In this document: one piece after another, positions 49,860 through 62,372 of the stretch
How the letters are laid out: the number at the start of each line of letters is the position of its first letter
Numbering within the stretch: the first letter of the stretch is position 1
Origin: Leucoraja erinacea
Taxonomy: Eukaryota
Direction: 5' to 3'
NCBI RefSeq assembly: GCF_028641065.1
Contig: NC_073390.1
Location: forward strand, 28,582,001-28,646,000
Length of the DNA stretch: 64,000 nucleotides
Made by a program: the position numbers and the translations under genes
The notes under the pieces: generated by a model
What the model saw: only the letters and a program-made list of their open reading frames with translations
Told to the model about the DNA's origin: nothing
Database searches by the model: none

Positions 49860-50115
49860 GGGCACAAGATGGAATCAAGGTATTTGGAGATGGGTTCTAT
49901 GGGGCAGGAACAGGCAGAAACATTGGATCTCCCAGGGCAGCTTGTGGATTTTCACAAGGAGATAGAAATGGCCAATATGGGGCCGGGGAATGATAAGGAT
50001 GGAGGCTGTGGAGGGGAGATGGCCAGAGTTGATGAGATCGATGATGGTGATGGAGATGGTGGCTTGTTGTTCATCTGTGTGGTTGAGGTCAAGGGTCAGG
50101 TTTGAGGAGGTGTCT
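49860..50115 (-). mobile_element. Penelope-like RT fragment
   Basis: DLINSGHLPSTASILIIPRPHIGHFYLLVKIHK, resembling the PLE FYxLPKIHK motif. Confidence 0.75.
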
Positions 50116-51079
50116 GAGGACACCCAGTCCTTTCACACCTGCATTCACCACCAGGAAGGCCTCAGGCCCTGTGAATAGAGAAACCAGCGGAATGAGAATG
50201 AGAACCGGACAGAGTGATTATTTTGTGGAAGGGCTCGAGCTTGAGCTCAAACAGAAGCTGAACTTGGGACCAAGGCCGTTGGAACCCAATTCTCCAGTCC
50301 CGGCGTGGTGGGAGCGCCCTGATGTGCAGCAAAGGTACATGTGACATGTAATGCCTCTCTTAACTCCTTGGAGTGTTTATTTACTGTACTGATAATTTAT
50401 TGCTTGAGGTTAAGTATTGTTTTGACTGTACCATTGTCATTATTTGAGTAAATACCGTTTTTCCTCCATGTACTTTCTCCAGGCATTGACCCGAATCCTC
50501 GGTACATGCTGTCATCTTGTTTCAGTAACTCCAGTCAGTTACAGTATAATATGCTGTCAGTACTATCCCAGCAATTAACATTGGTGCCTCAACTCTACAA
50601 CTCTTCCGGCTTAGTGGCAGCAGAATAGGCTGGTGTTCCTACCCAAATCTGCAGAGCAGGAGTGCTTGTAGCCTGCAGTCTCAGCCCAGGCTTCTATCCT
50701 GAGAATGGTGCTGTTATGTAGCGATCTGGGCAGCAGAGGGTTCTGTTACATCGCTGCAGTGTTTGCTGGTGATATACAGAGTTGGCTAACTCTGTACATC
50801 AATATTCACTTGGGGCTGTTTTGGAAGCTGACTCCGACATAGGGGAGGAAGTTTTCAAGAATGTTCAGGACCATGTGATTTCGGCAAGATGCCTATTTTA
50901 AGATGCCAGAACCATGCCTTGAATAAACACTTCCCCGCCTACCTGGACTTCACTAAGGATTACAAGATTGACTGCCTCCAGACCCACCCTTCCACTGACA
51001 CTCCTTGACTGAAACATCACCCGCATGCCCCGGGGATTCACCGCTGGATCGTGCGCCTGTCCGACTGTCACGAGGCAGA

Positions 51080-51720
51080 GCACAGAAACAGGCCCTTTGG
51101 CCCATCATGTAACTGCTAATCTAATTTCCTTGTATTAGGTCTATAACCTGTGCTTTGACAAATGAATTACTTGTCTAGGTATTTCTAAAATGTACGAGAG
51201 TCTGCCTCCACCAGATTCCAGCCACCCTCCTGGGAGGAGAAATTCCACCTCTAATCCTCTCCACACCTGTATCTCATCTTAAACCAGTCCTCTTGTCTTT
51301 GACACTCCTTCCATTACTATATCCCCTATCTTCCCCTCCTAATGCTATGTACCTCTATCAGGTCACTGCTCGTTTTTCAGTCCTACCCAAAACAAACCCA
51401 GACTAACTAGCCTTTCTTTACAAACGAATGCCTTATCGCAGGCAAATCCCAGTGTATCCTCTCTGCACCCTCTCCAAAACAATCACCACCTTCCCAATGT
51501 GAGGACCAGAACAATGCATAATACTCGTGCTATGGCCTAACCGATGTATTATTAACTATAAAATGATGCCACAGCCAATGAAGGCAAGCAACCCATCTGG
51601 CTTTCTTTTCCTATCAATATGCTGCCACTTTCAGGGATCTATGGACATACCAAAAAGTTCCTCTGTTCACCAGCACTCCCCAGGGCATCTTCCATTTACA
51701 TTGTATTTCCAACCTGGGAG
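51080..51720 (-). mobile_element. Degraded CR1 3' fragment (- strand); another + strand CR1 remnant at ~51870-52350
   Basis: CAGAAACAGGCCCTTTGGCCC tail and CTCTGCACCCTCTCCA (LERVQR) remnants. Confidence 0.7.
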
Positions 51721-52364
51721 CTAGAGGTTTGTTTTGTATTGCAATGCAATTTCATTTAATTTTTCATACAAGTTTATCTTCGATCGCAAGGAAACAGAAC
51801 ATAACCTTTTGTTAGATGTGGCCTGCTTGGAAAATAACTTTAAAGAAATATTTATAAAGACATAAAGACAGGAAAAAAAAGTACACGACTACAAAGGGTA
51901 GCGGTCAAATGAGTGGACAAATGAGGCAAATAGTGTATAAGGTGTCCATTTTGGAAGAAAAAAATAGAGAATATTACATAAATGGTGAGAAATTGCAAAG
52001 TTCCAAACTTGTGTACGATTCAGAAGGGGCTAATATTCAGGGACAGCAAGTAGTTAGGAAAACAAACTGAATATTATTGCTTATTACAAACGGTAGTGAA
52101 TAAAAAAGTAGGCAGTTTATTGTTCAATTATTAAGGGTGTTGCTGACATCTGGAATACCCTGAATCCTTGTTTAAGAGAGAATATGGCGTTGGAAACAAT
52201 TCAGAGACGGTTGACTAGACCGATGTCTGAATAGGATTGATTGTCCTCAGAGGAAAGGTCGGACTGGGTGCGACTCCGCTGGAGTTTAGAGGAGAGAGAA
52301 GCCGATCATCGGAAACAGAGAAGGTGCTGGGAGATCGTGACTGGGTGAATGCGGGGACCCCGCC

Positions 52365-52505
52365 ACCCCCTATCAGTTTGAAGAAGGGTTTCGGCCCGAA
52401 ACGTTGCCTATTTCCTTCGCTCCATAGATGCTGCTGCACCCGCTGAGTTTCTCCAGCATTTTGTGTACCTTTGATTTTCCAGCATCTGCAGTTCCTTCTT
52501 GAAAA
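52365..52505 (+). repeat. Penelope-tail repeat with hammerhead-like core
   Basis: TTGAAGA-A-GGGT-TTCG-GCCC-GAAAC-GTT followed by GATGCTGCTGCACCCGCTGAGTTTCTCCAGCA. Related copies lie at ~1950, 30510, 31390, 34750, 38490, 42515, 54720 and 60840. Confidence 0.8.
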
Positions 52506-55500
52506 CAGTGATGTGAATGTGTCTGGGGCAGAGTGAGATGGAGGAACCCAAGATCAAATGGCCACCAGTGCCCAGCAATTGCCGAGCTCAGTGTATCACG
52601 TGTAAATCTGTGCCCATGAAACTATGCTCTCCTGTGTCCAAGAAGCAGCTTGTGTGCAAACCAAATTTGTTAAGAAGAGGAAGTCACTTTAACAGATCTC
52701 AAAACTTCCTGATTAGACTGAAAGGAGTTGGTTTATGTTTTGGACAGACAATAACAAAATGCGATAATCAACCGTGGCCTCTGATAATCAATGTTTGAAG
52801 TTGAGAATTTAGTTTTTGTTGGAAGTGATTTTACTCCTAGATCCTGGCTCCAGCTGATAAATCCATTAGTGACAGCCCAGCTGAATGAGTTCAGGGTCCA
52901 GCCTGTCTTCGAAGATAGGGGTTTCCTCATTTCCATTATATTTGAGTAGTGTTTCTCAAACAGCGGTCCAACTTATCACAAACCCTCGTATCACATAGAT
53001 ATCCGATTCCTGCCTGAACAAGGTGAAGAGGCCGTGGAAACGCTTGCTCTCGCAGTATTCTCACCATTGAGGGTTCGACTATCACAAACAGTACAACTCC
53101 AATAATCCAGCACACACAGGACTCTGGTGTTGCTGACCTACAGATCTTATATACGATTGGATATTATTTACATTAACGTCCCAACACATTCTTAGCTCAG
53201 TGTAAAAAGAAAGCTGCTGAAGGAAATCAAATGCACACTTTTAACCAGCACTTCTTTACTCGGATTCCAGCATCTGCAGTCTCTTCTGTCTGCATTATGT
53301 CATTTTTTGTGATGATACAATATATTATAATACATTTCCCAGTGAATTCAGTAGGTTAAATAAGGGTGCGGGTGGTGGGCCCAGTAAGATGGGAGGGAAG
53401 TGAGGCAAAACCCAGTGAGTGAGATGCAGCTACACCATTGGGATTTCTGATTGTTCAGATAGTGACTGTGGTAGTTGTACTGTGTCTGGCTGTGCTTGAC
53501 GTGCAGACATCCGTGGCACAGTTTGCAGGCTGTACCTGGGTTTCACCATTGCGATGAAGTTACAAAGTTTGCCTCCTGATTGTTGCTTCACTCATTTACC
53601 ATGGCAGGTTCTCCTCTCAACTCTTTGCCACTGAGCTCCAGGATGGCCAGCCTCCTGCTCCGACACTGTACCAGGCTCCTGGCATCTCAGGCTTGGTCAA
53701 AGTCTGCCGGTGTGGCTAGTTTTGGCCAGTGATGGCCAGCGGCTTCACTCTGAAAGCCACCATCAACGATTACACTGTGACCATGCAATCCAGCAGAATC
53801 CTCTGCCCAACAACGTAGGAAGACTTGTGTTTGTATAGCGCCTTTTGCAATTTTGAGGCATACTGAAGGCTGTGGCATAGGAAAACATAATGTGTAGCAC
53901 AGTGCCCTCACTAATCTGATCTTCGCAACAACGTTGGTTGAGGGTTGATATTGGCACAGAACTCAGTGCAAATGTTCCAGTTATCCTGGATCTTTGAGCA
54001 TTGACAGGAACTCACTGTAACATCTCATTATAAATACATCCCGTCCAACAACTATAGCTTCAGAGATGTAGTGCCAAAGATTTGTACAGCACTGGTGTTT
54101 CTGCACAGCACATCCATTTTTGCCAACATTTTTGTCCATCTATGTAAATCTCATTTGCTGCATTAGGAGCATGTAGATCTTGACAGCATTCCTTGAGATC
54201 TTATCAATAAGACAGGACCTCCAACAAGTGTAGGATCTGAATTCGAGTTGTCTCTCCACCTAACATCTCAGTACCTTCCACAACTTTAATACCTGCACTG
54301 CATTTCTTTCAACATACTTTAACCTTCAAGCCCTTGACCTGTCCAGCTCCGTGACACGGTTGAGGTCGGGAGCCAATATTTTGAGGATCATCGTGTGCTC
54401 TGGAGTGGATACTGAGCTTTGCGGCTGGTGACAGGACTTTTCTTCATCCCGCTATGATGCTCAGGTTTATGCCAATCTCTCGTCTTCCATCTGGGTGTAT
54501 GGCTGCCTGCAGGGCATGATATAGAGTTCTCCAGCTTTAGACTTCTCGCTTTCTCTGTTCCAAGACTTGCCAATTTTGCCAATATCCCTCTGTTCCTCCT
54601 TTCATTTGTAGAGTCTGGGACCTGCCAGTACGCCAGACTGTACAGAATTGCACAGACTTGACAGCGTTAGTGATACATCACACAGATGAAGGAGCTCAGC
54701 CTTTTTATCTGAAAAGTTGACTGTTTCTCTCTGCACTCATACTGCCTGACTTGCTGAGTGTTTCCAGCATTTTCTGTTTTTATTTCAGATTTCCAGCATT
54801 TGCCATTAAAAAAAAAATTCTACCTCATTGGCTGACAAGGGGCCTTCAATTGCTTTAGTGAATAAAAGTGCTTCCAACTCGAAGCATAGGTCGTCTTTAG
54901 TTCGGGTTAAATCGACCGGTTTATAATCAGATTAAAAGGAAGCAGTTGTAAACTGATTAAGAAGAACAGAATGTGACAGGAGCCAGGACACTCTTACTCC
55001 ACAGGAACGTCAGGCCACCAGTCAGACAGTATCAACCCTCTAATGACCCGTGTTATTGCTGAGAGTGCGTTTGTGTTCTTTTTTTTTCAGGCACCCAGCT
55101 TTGTTACGTATTCTCAATCAATTCTTCCAAGAAGGGAGTGTAACATGGAATTAGTACGGTTGGGTTCAGATTATAAAATCACACGTACCTATACATACAC
55201 ACACACCAGCAGAATGTCCACACCCGTGTGGACATGCACCTACAGACATGCACACATGCATGCACACATACGCTCGATGGCACATCGTAAAGGTTTCCCT
55301 TGGATTACCTGTTTCCGGCTTTACTATCTGTTACCCTCAGGTTCAAAGTTTGACTGATGCACTCCATAGGCATGGCCTCCTGTTTATGTCATCAAGAGGC
55401 ACCATCAGGATTGTTTGCACTAGTCAGTTTGACTCTGCCCTCCATTGCTGTCTGTGTGGAATTTGTCCGTTCTCCCTGTAACCGCGTCGGTTTCCCGTGG

Positions 55501-57132
55501 GTGCTCCGGATGTGTGCCCAGCGTGTTGCATCAGCCCTGCCCAAACCCCCCACCTTGACAACCAATTAGTACAATGGTTGCAGGTGTAGGAGAGCACCAC
55601 CTCCTGCAGCTTCCCCTCCACTCATCTCTGAACACACTCTGGGAATACCTTCATGGGAAGGACTGCAGTGGTTCAAGAAAGCAGCTCGCTGAACCTCCTC
55701 AAGGGAATATTCGGGATGGGCAAGAAATGTTGGTCAAGATCCTAAATATAAATAAATAAAAGAAAATTCAGAGGGCTCTTGACCTGCCTATTACTAGATT
55801 TTCTATCCATGAAATATAACAATATGTATAATGCATAGTACTGTGTAATGCAAGAGTTCTCCTGTGTAACACGTGCAATGAGAAATTGCTTTGTCCATTA
55901 TCGATTTGACATTGGTACAAATGTTAACAGTGTGATTGTTATTGATTGTGCAGAGACCTGATGGTCCACATCTCGTGTAAATCTGCTTTAGAAATGTGTT
56001 TGGTTCTTGTCAATGGGAAAACCTTCATCTTTTGTGCAACCTGTCTGTTTCTCCCTTATCCTTCTTCTCAAGCTGTATCTCATTTCTGACCAATGCAATC
56101 CCATCCTCCCAGCACCCCCATTCTAGTTGTTTCAGTCCTTGGTTCCTAAAACATCAACCTTGTCTCAGACATTGCTCCTCTTTCAAAATTTCTGCTCATC
56201 TATTTCCATTCCTTCTGCATGCTCTTCACTTGTTCTGTTTTTGAGAGCATTGCCAACTCTGCAACTCTTCTTTGAAACCCTCTTCACCTCAAAGACTCTT
56301 CTTAAAACCTATCTTGCCATAGTGTCCAGTTTTCCTTTTGCGAAGTTGCCTGGCCCATTCTTTTTCCTTCTTCCATGGTGACTTTGCTTAGATTCCAGAT
56401 GTGTGATGGACTTTATTATTGAGGAGCAGAGGAATCGATAAAAGCTTTGAGGTTAAGGTGACTCTATCCCCACCAGACACTCCTCATAAAGGAAGCATTG
56501 TAAGAGAGGAAATTATTGCAATATTAGAAAGAACTGTCGGACATGAAAATGTGGTGACGTTTCTCCACGGTGTTGGGTTACAAATGTTGATGGTTAATGT
56601 TCGCTACTTGTTCCCATTGTGCATGTAGTGGCTGCTTTGTCCCAATCTCCTTTAATTCATTTCCTTTCAAATACCAACTGGATATACAGTAGCCTTTGAT
56701 TTTGTCTTGTGTTTAAATTCTAACAGCTCAGTGTTTCAAAACATTGTAAACAGAATGGGTTTTCCACAACTCACTGGAATCTTGACCACAGAGTTCAAAT
56801 TGATTTTTAGAATTTCCCAAGCTCAGAGTCCCTGTTGTTGAGTCTTTCCCCGTGACTAATGTGTATCATCTTAGCAAATCACTCCTAAATCTTCCGGTCT
56901 CCACGTTTCAGAGAGAAGGTCAAGTCTCTGAGGATCCGAAGGAGTTTCACAGGAACGTTGAGAGACCTGTTATTGAATCATAGCCATATGGCAGAGAAAC
57001 AGGCCGTTCGTCCCACCGTGTCATTGCCAGCCATCAGGTATGAAGTTTATAAATAGTTGTACTGAGAGACTATAGAAGATATGGTTCATTATCTTTAGAA
57101 CTAAGGAAATTATTCCTGCAGGGACCTGGGTT

Positions 57133-57809
57133 AAAGTTCAAGTTCGCATTTAGTTGTCACTTGCACCAATTAAGGTGCAGTGAAATTCGAGTTACCATGC
57201 AGCCATACAATCAAAAAGAACACAATACACAATAGAATTTAACATAAACATCCACCACAGTAGAATCGACATTCTTCACTGTGATGGAAGGCAGTAACAT
57301 TCAGTCAATCTTCCTCCTTTGTTCACCCGTGTTCGAGGCCATGAAGCCTCCGTAGTCGCCGCTATGGACAGCCCGATGTACAAGCCCTCCCGTCGGAATG
57401 ATCGAAACTCAGACGTAGGTACGGATCGGAACTCGCACTCCGCGGCTTGGAGTTCCCGAATTGGCCGCTTTCTTACCGGAGACCGCAGCTTCACGATGTT
57501 ATAGGCCGGCACTTCTTCTGACGATCCCCGGCAAGGGATCCCAGGCTCCACGCCACGCCTACTGCTGAAGCTCTCGGCCGGTCTCTGAGAAAGGCCGCAC
57601 CAATCCTAACCAATGTTAGGCCGCGAGGGGGGCGAAGATGCGACAAAGAGAAAAGTTGCATCTCCGTAAAGGTAAGTGACTGAAAACGTTTCCCCCTATT
57701 CCCCCCCACCAACCCCACACTAAAACATACATTTAGACAAACTAAACAACGACTAAAAGTCGAAAGGACGAACACGCTGCTGGCGAGGTTGCCGTTTTGC
57801 GGCGCCACA
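57133..57809 (-). mobile_element. Non-coding CpG-rich retroposon with Rex1-type 3' tail
   Basis: Plus-strand AAGTTCAAGTTC..TTGTCACTTGCACC..CAGTGAAATTC tail; GC-rich body; - strand 5' end GTGGCGCCGC; no RT ORF. Confidence 0.65.
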
Positions 57810-57974
57810 CGATGACGTGTATGATCCTGACCCCTCTTGAAGACTTTGTACCCTGTGTTCGTGGGGTACCCTCAGGTACAACATTGTTATCCCCCACTGG
57901 ATAACCAGTGATATATCAATTTATAACTACTTCTAAACCTACGACCCGCATGTCTAAAATCATTGCAATCATAT

Positions 57975-58258
57975 TTTAGTTTAGAAATACAGCCCTTCGG
58001 CCCACTGAGTCCATGCTGACCATCGATCACCCGTTAACCAGTTCTATGTTACCCCACTTTTGCATCCTGCATATTAGGGACAATTTAAAGAGGCCAATTA
58101 ACCTACAAGCCTGCACGTCCTTAGAATGTGGGAGGAAACCGGAGCACCCAGAAAAAACCCACATGGTCACAGGGAGAATGTACAAACTCCTTACAGACAT
58201 CACCGAACCCAGGCCTCTGGCACTGTAAGGCAGCAACTCTACCGCTGCACCACTATGC
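57975..58258 (-). mobile_element. tRNA-derived SINE (HE1/V-SINE-like); further degraded copies at ~39950-40085, ~59110-59360 and ~61010-61070
   Basis: Reverse complement of the SINE at 32771-33037. Confidence 0.88.
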
Positions 58259-58309
58259 AATTATAAATATAAACGGTTCAATTTATAGTTGAGTAAAGGT
58301 CTGTTAATT

Positions 58310-58870
58310 AAACAGTCATAGAATCATATGGCATGGAAACCAGTCGACCAAGATGCTCCGTTTGCCCACGTTTGGCCCATATCCCTCTAAAGCTTTCCTA
58401 TCCCTGTACCTGTCCCAGTGTCTGTTAAATGTTGTTATTGTACCTGCCTCGACCACCTCCTCTGGCAGCTCATTCCATATAACCACCAGTGAAAAGATTA
58501 CCCCTCAGGTTCCTATTAAATCTTGCCCTTACCCCCGTAAACCTATGTCGTCTGGTTCTTGATTATCCTACCCTGGGTAAAGAAAAACTCTTTGCATTCA
58601 CCCTATCTATTCCCCTAATGATTTTATACATCTGCATCAAATCACCCCTCAGCCTCCTGCGTTCCAAGGAATAAAGTGTTACCCTGCTCAATGTCTTCCT
58701 ATAGACCATGCCCTCGAGTTCTGACAACATCCTTATTAATCTTCTCTGCAGCTTTTCTAGCTTCATTACATTTTTCTTACAGCACGGTGACCAAAACTGA
58801 ATACTGTGCTCCAGGTGCTGCATCAGTAATGTCTTACACTACTATAACATAACATCTATACTGCCAATGA
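58310..58870 (-). mobile_element. CR1 LINE 3' fragment
   Basis: HLEHSIQFWSP..LERRRLRGDLMQMYKIIRGIDRV and 3' UTR with ATGATTCTATGA tail. Confidence 0.88.
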
Positions 58871-61699
58871 TAAGCTAGGCTATATTTTCCAAGTTTATTA
58901 ATTTCCCTTTTCATGAGTTGCAATGGAATGTGAAGATATTCCAGTGTTACAGCAAGAATTGAATGCTTGTGACACATCTTCTACAGCAGCTCCATGCTGC
59001 AACCTCGGATGAATTCCATCCAGATCAAAGGACCACTGCTGACAATTATGCCCTGATTTACAAAAGCAACGAGCATTTCCGAGGAGCTTTCTAGCCACGG
59101 ACTAGCGTCACCCAATTTACACTAATCCTAAACTAATACCATTTCATTCCCTCCACATTCCAGCAATTCCTCCCAGATTCCAATCATCTGCCCACTAAGG
59201 GCAATTTACAGCAGTCAATTAACCCACTGGCCCACACTTCTGTGGGAAGTGGGACAAAACCAGGAGCACCCAGAGGAAACCCACACGGTCACAGAGAGAA
59301 GTGGAGGCCAGGGTCAGAGCCAGATGGTTGGAAGTGTGAGGGGCAGCTCCACCAACTACCAATTTTGTGAAAGCACAACTGCATAAATGGAAAAAGCCGG
59401 TGAAATGTCATTGAATACTTCGGTGCAGCTTATTTCTACTAGTGAAGAGTGGCTTTATATTCAATTTAGGTTGAAATTGTTTCATAGAATGAAGAAATAT
59501 GTCCCAAAGAACTAAATTACATGATAATGATTAATGGATCGAGGAAGTACGAAATGCTAACTTTATGATCTACATGTTCCAGAAGAGTTGGCTCTGGCAG
59601 AGACCCACCAATTGCGAAGCCTCCTACCCCAGGGGGACAGGATCAGGTTGTTCAGGTGACCAAAGTCCTCAGGCACCAAGAACTGTTGTTAAACACACTG
59701 GAAGAGATTTCCTTTTGCACCTCTCTGCCCTCTTGATGAATTGCCTCTCACCTCGCTCTAACATAGATACAGCCCCCCAGCATAATCTGATCTTGTTTTG
59801 GGTTTACAGTATTGGCAACTTTCCTTTTTAGTAAAGGATCGATTAACACCCATCCCTGAAGATCAAGAAGCTATAAATCGAAGCTCCAGGAATGAACATG
59901 GTAAATTCCAGCTCTCCTCTTGGCAGCATTCTGTTCTGCATTGGTTTATTTTCCATTGCCCTATCCATCACCTGCGAGGATATTGCTCCTGCATGACATG
60001 ATTCCTTCCCTTTCATCCGTCTGTCTTGGTAGAGCAGTCAGTTAGTGGCAGCATGTGTTAACCAGCTGCAGATCAAACCCTCCAGCTCAGCAGCAGACCC
60101 CCCTGTGGAATCCTGGCTAGTCCACTGATGGAAAATGCTTATAGAAGCAGGAATGTTCCTGGTTGTGCTCAGTCCACCTCTTGGGTCATTACATGGTGCG
60201 GCTTATAAATGCAAACTTGTTTAATATCGCAGCCGGCATTGAGAAGCTGTCAATACTGTTGAACCAAGATTCCTGGGAGTTAAGGATACAGCCTTTTCTC
60301 AATTTATGAACATGAGACATTCCTGGAAAACATCTGATTAGTGAAGTTTCACAAGTTGAAAAGACTGTTATGGGAGCTTTAGTGACACTATTCCTGTGGG
60401 TGGAGAATGAGTGCTATTTATTGTAATGGAAAGTAGCTTTGTTAATCCCCCAAACTAAATAGTGTTATTAAGAAAATTCATTGATAATTGGTATTGGTTT
60501 GTTATTGTCGTGTGTAACAAGATGCATTTGTGTATTAACCAATCAAATCATACCATGCATGCGTACACTGAAGCCATACATAAATATACAGGGAGTGCAA
60601 AGAGAAAAATACCAGAATGCAATGTTGCAACGACAGAGAAAGTGCAGATTAAAAATTGGGACTATAGCCTTTGCTTGTGAGAGGCACGTTCAGTAGCCTG
60701 ATAACAGTAGGAAGGACCTGTTCCTGAATCTGGTGGTACATGCTATCAAGCTTTTGTATCTGCTCCCTGATGGGAGAGATTGCAAGAACGGAAAGACCAG
60801 GGTGTAAATATTCCTTGATTATCTTTTAAAAAAAGATACAAAGTACTGGAGTAACTCAGCAGGTCAGGCAGCATCTGTGGAGAACATGGATAGGTGATGT
60901 TTCAGGTCGGGTTCCTTCAGGATCTGCTGAGTTACACTAGCACTTTGTGTCCATTTTTGTGAACGAGCGTCTGCATTTCCGTGTGTCTACTTCCTGGATT
61001 ATCTTGGTTGCTTTCCCGAGGCTGTGGGAGGAAACCGGAGCACCCGGAGAAAGCTGTGAAATAGCAGTGTTGACTATTGTGCCACTGTGCAACATACTTC
61101 GGAAAATCTGAGATTGTATCAACCAGGTACAATGGTTTTGATAAATAAATATTATGTATCCTGGGGTGAGGCAGGTTCTTCCCTTCAATCTCTCTCTTCC
61201 TAACCATTCCTCTGCTCTCTTTATTGCAGCTTTTCCTTTCTGCCCCCCATTCCTTTTTACTTTCTGAAAGCGGTTTAATATTTTAAGATATTTGCGGCTG
61301 GATAAAACCAGGGGTCAGTTATGGAATGCAGCAAAAAGCTTCTATTTTCAGCATTGCCGACATTTGAGTTAAATAAACAGAAGTAAAACTGATCTTGTAC
61401 CACAAACATCACATTCACCTCCACAAATATCCTCCCCATATTGTCCTGGGGTTTTCAGCTCTTTACTCATGAGATCACTGGCTGGAGACAGAACATGGGT
61501 ATCCTACAGTATCTTATTCTGGACATATGATTCAAGACAGCCTTACTGGGAGTTCCCCAATCATGCACCCTAACCTTCTGAGTTTCCATTTTCATCAGAA
61601 CTTCCATCCAAATGAAACCGCTGGCTACAGATACAGGTTCACAGTGTCGGAAATTTACCATTCCCTTCTTTAACCTAAAGCGTCATATAGAAGTGAGCA

Positions 61700-62372
61700 T
61701 GTGGTGATAGATGCCATCATGAAGAAGACACACCAATGGCTCTACTTTGTTAGAAGTTTAAAGATTTTCAGCCAGTCACCAAATATTCTTAACAAACTTT
61801 CACAGATCCACTGCGGAAAATATCCCGACCGCTTGCATTGTGAACAGGTATGCAATTCTAATACACAGTAACGCAAGAGGCCACAGAGAGTGTGGACTCA
61901 GCCCTGTCCATCACTGGCACAGCCTTTCTCACCATTGGAAGCATCTATATGAGGTGCGTTTCCTCAAGAAAGCACATGTATTATCAAGGAACTTCACCAT
62001 CCAGGAAAAGCCCTCTTCTGCTGGCACCACTGGACGGTGAGAAGCCTGAAGTCCCACACCACCACGTTCAGAATCAGCTACTTTCCTATAAACATCAGAT
62101 TCTTGAATTACACTAATCCTACCTTGACAATGGAACACTATGGCCCACCTCATGCACTACTATGCAATAGTCTTTGTTTAAATTGTGTTTTTGCACTAAT
62201 TACTTTTTTCTTTTAGCAGTATATATATTTTTGCCATCTGGTAGAAAATTATAATTTTGTTTGTGTGAGTAGATGGAGTCTATATGCCTGTAATACTGCA
62301 GCAAGCAAGATTTTCATCATATCTGTACCTCACCATACTTGTGCGCATACTAATAAACTCTACTTGACTTGG
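61700..62372 (+). mobile_element. Rex1/Babar LINE 3' fragment (further - strand remnants at ~60490-60820 and ~62700-62870)
   Basis: KKTHQWLYFVRSLK and SALSITGT remnants; tail AATAAACTCTACTTGACTTG. Confidence 0.75.

Noticed and set aside
53643-53732. MASLLLRHCTRLLASQAW.. as a mitochondrial targeting peptide
   Set aside because: Stops after 29 codons, and the obvious phase-1 splice to the next exon-like segment hits a stop.
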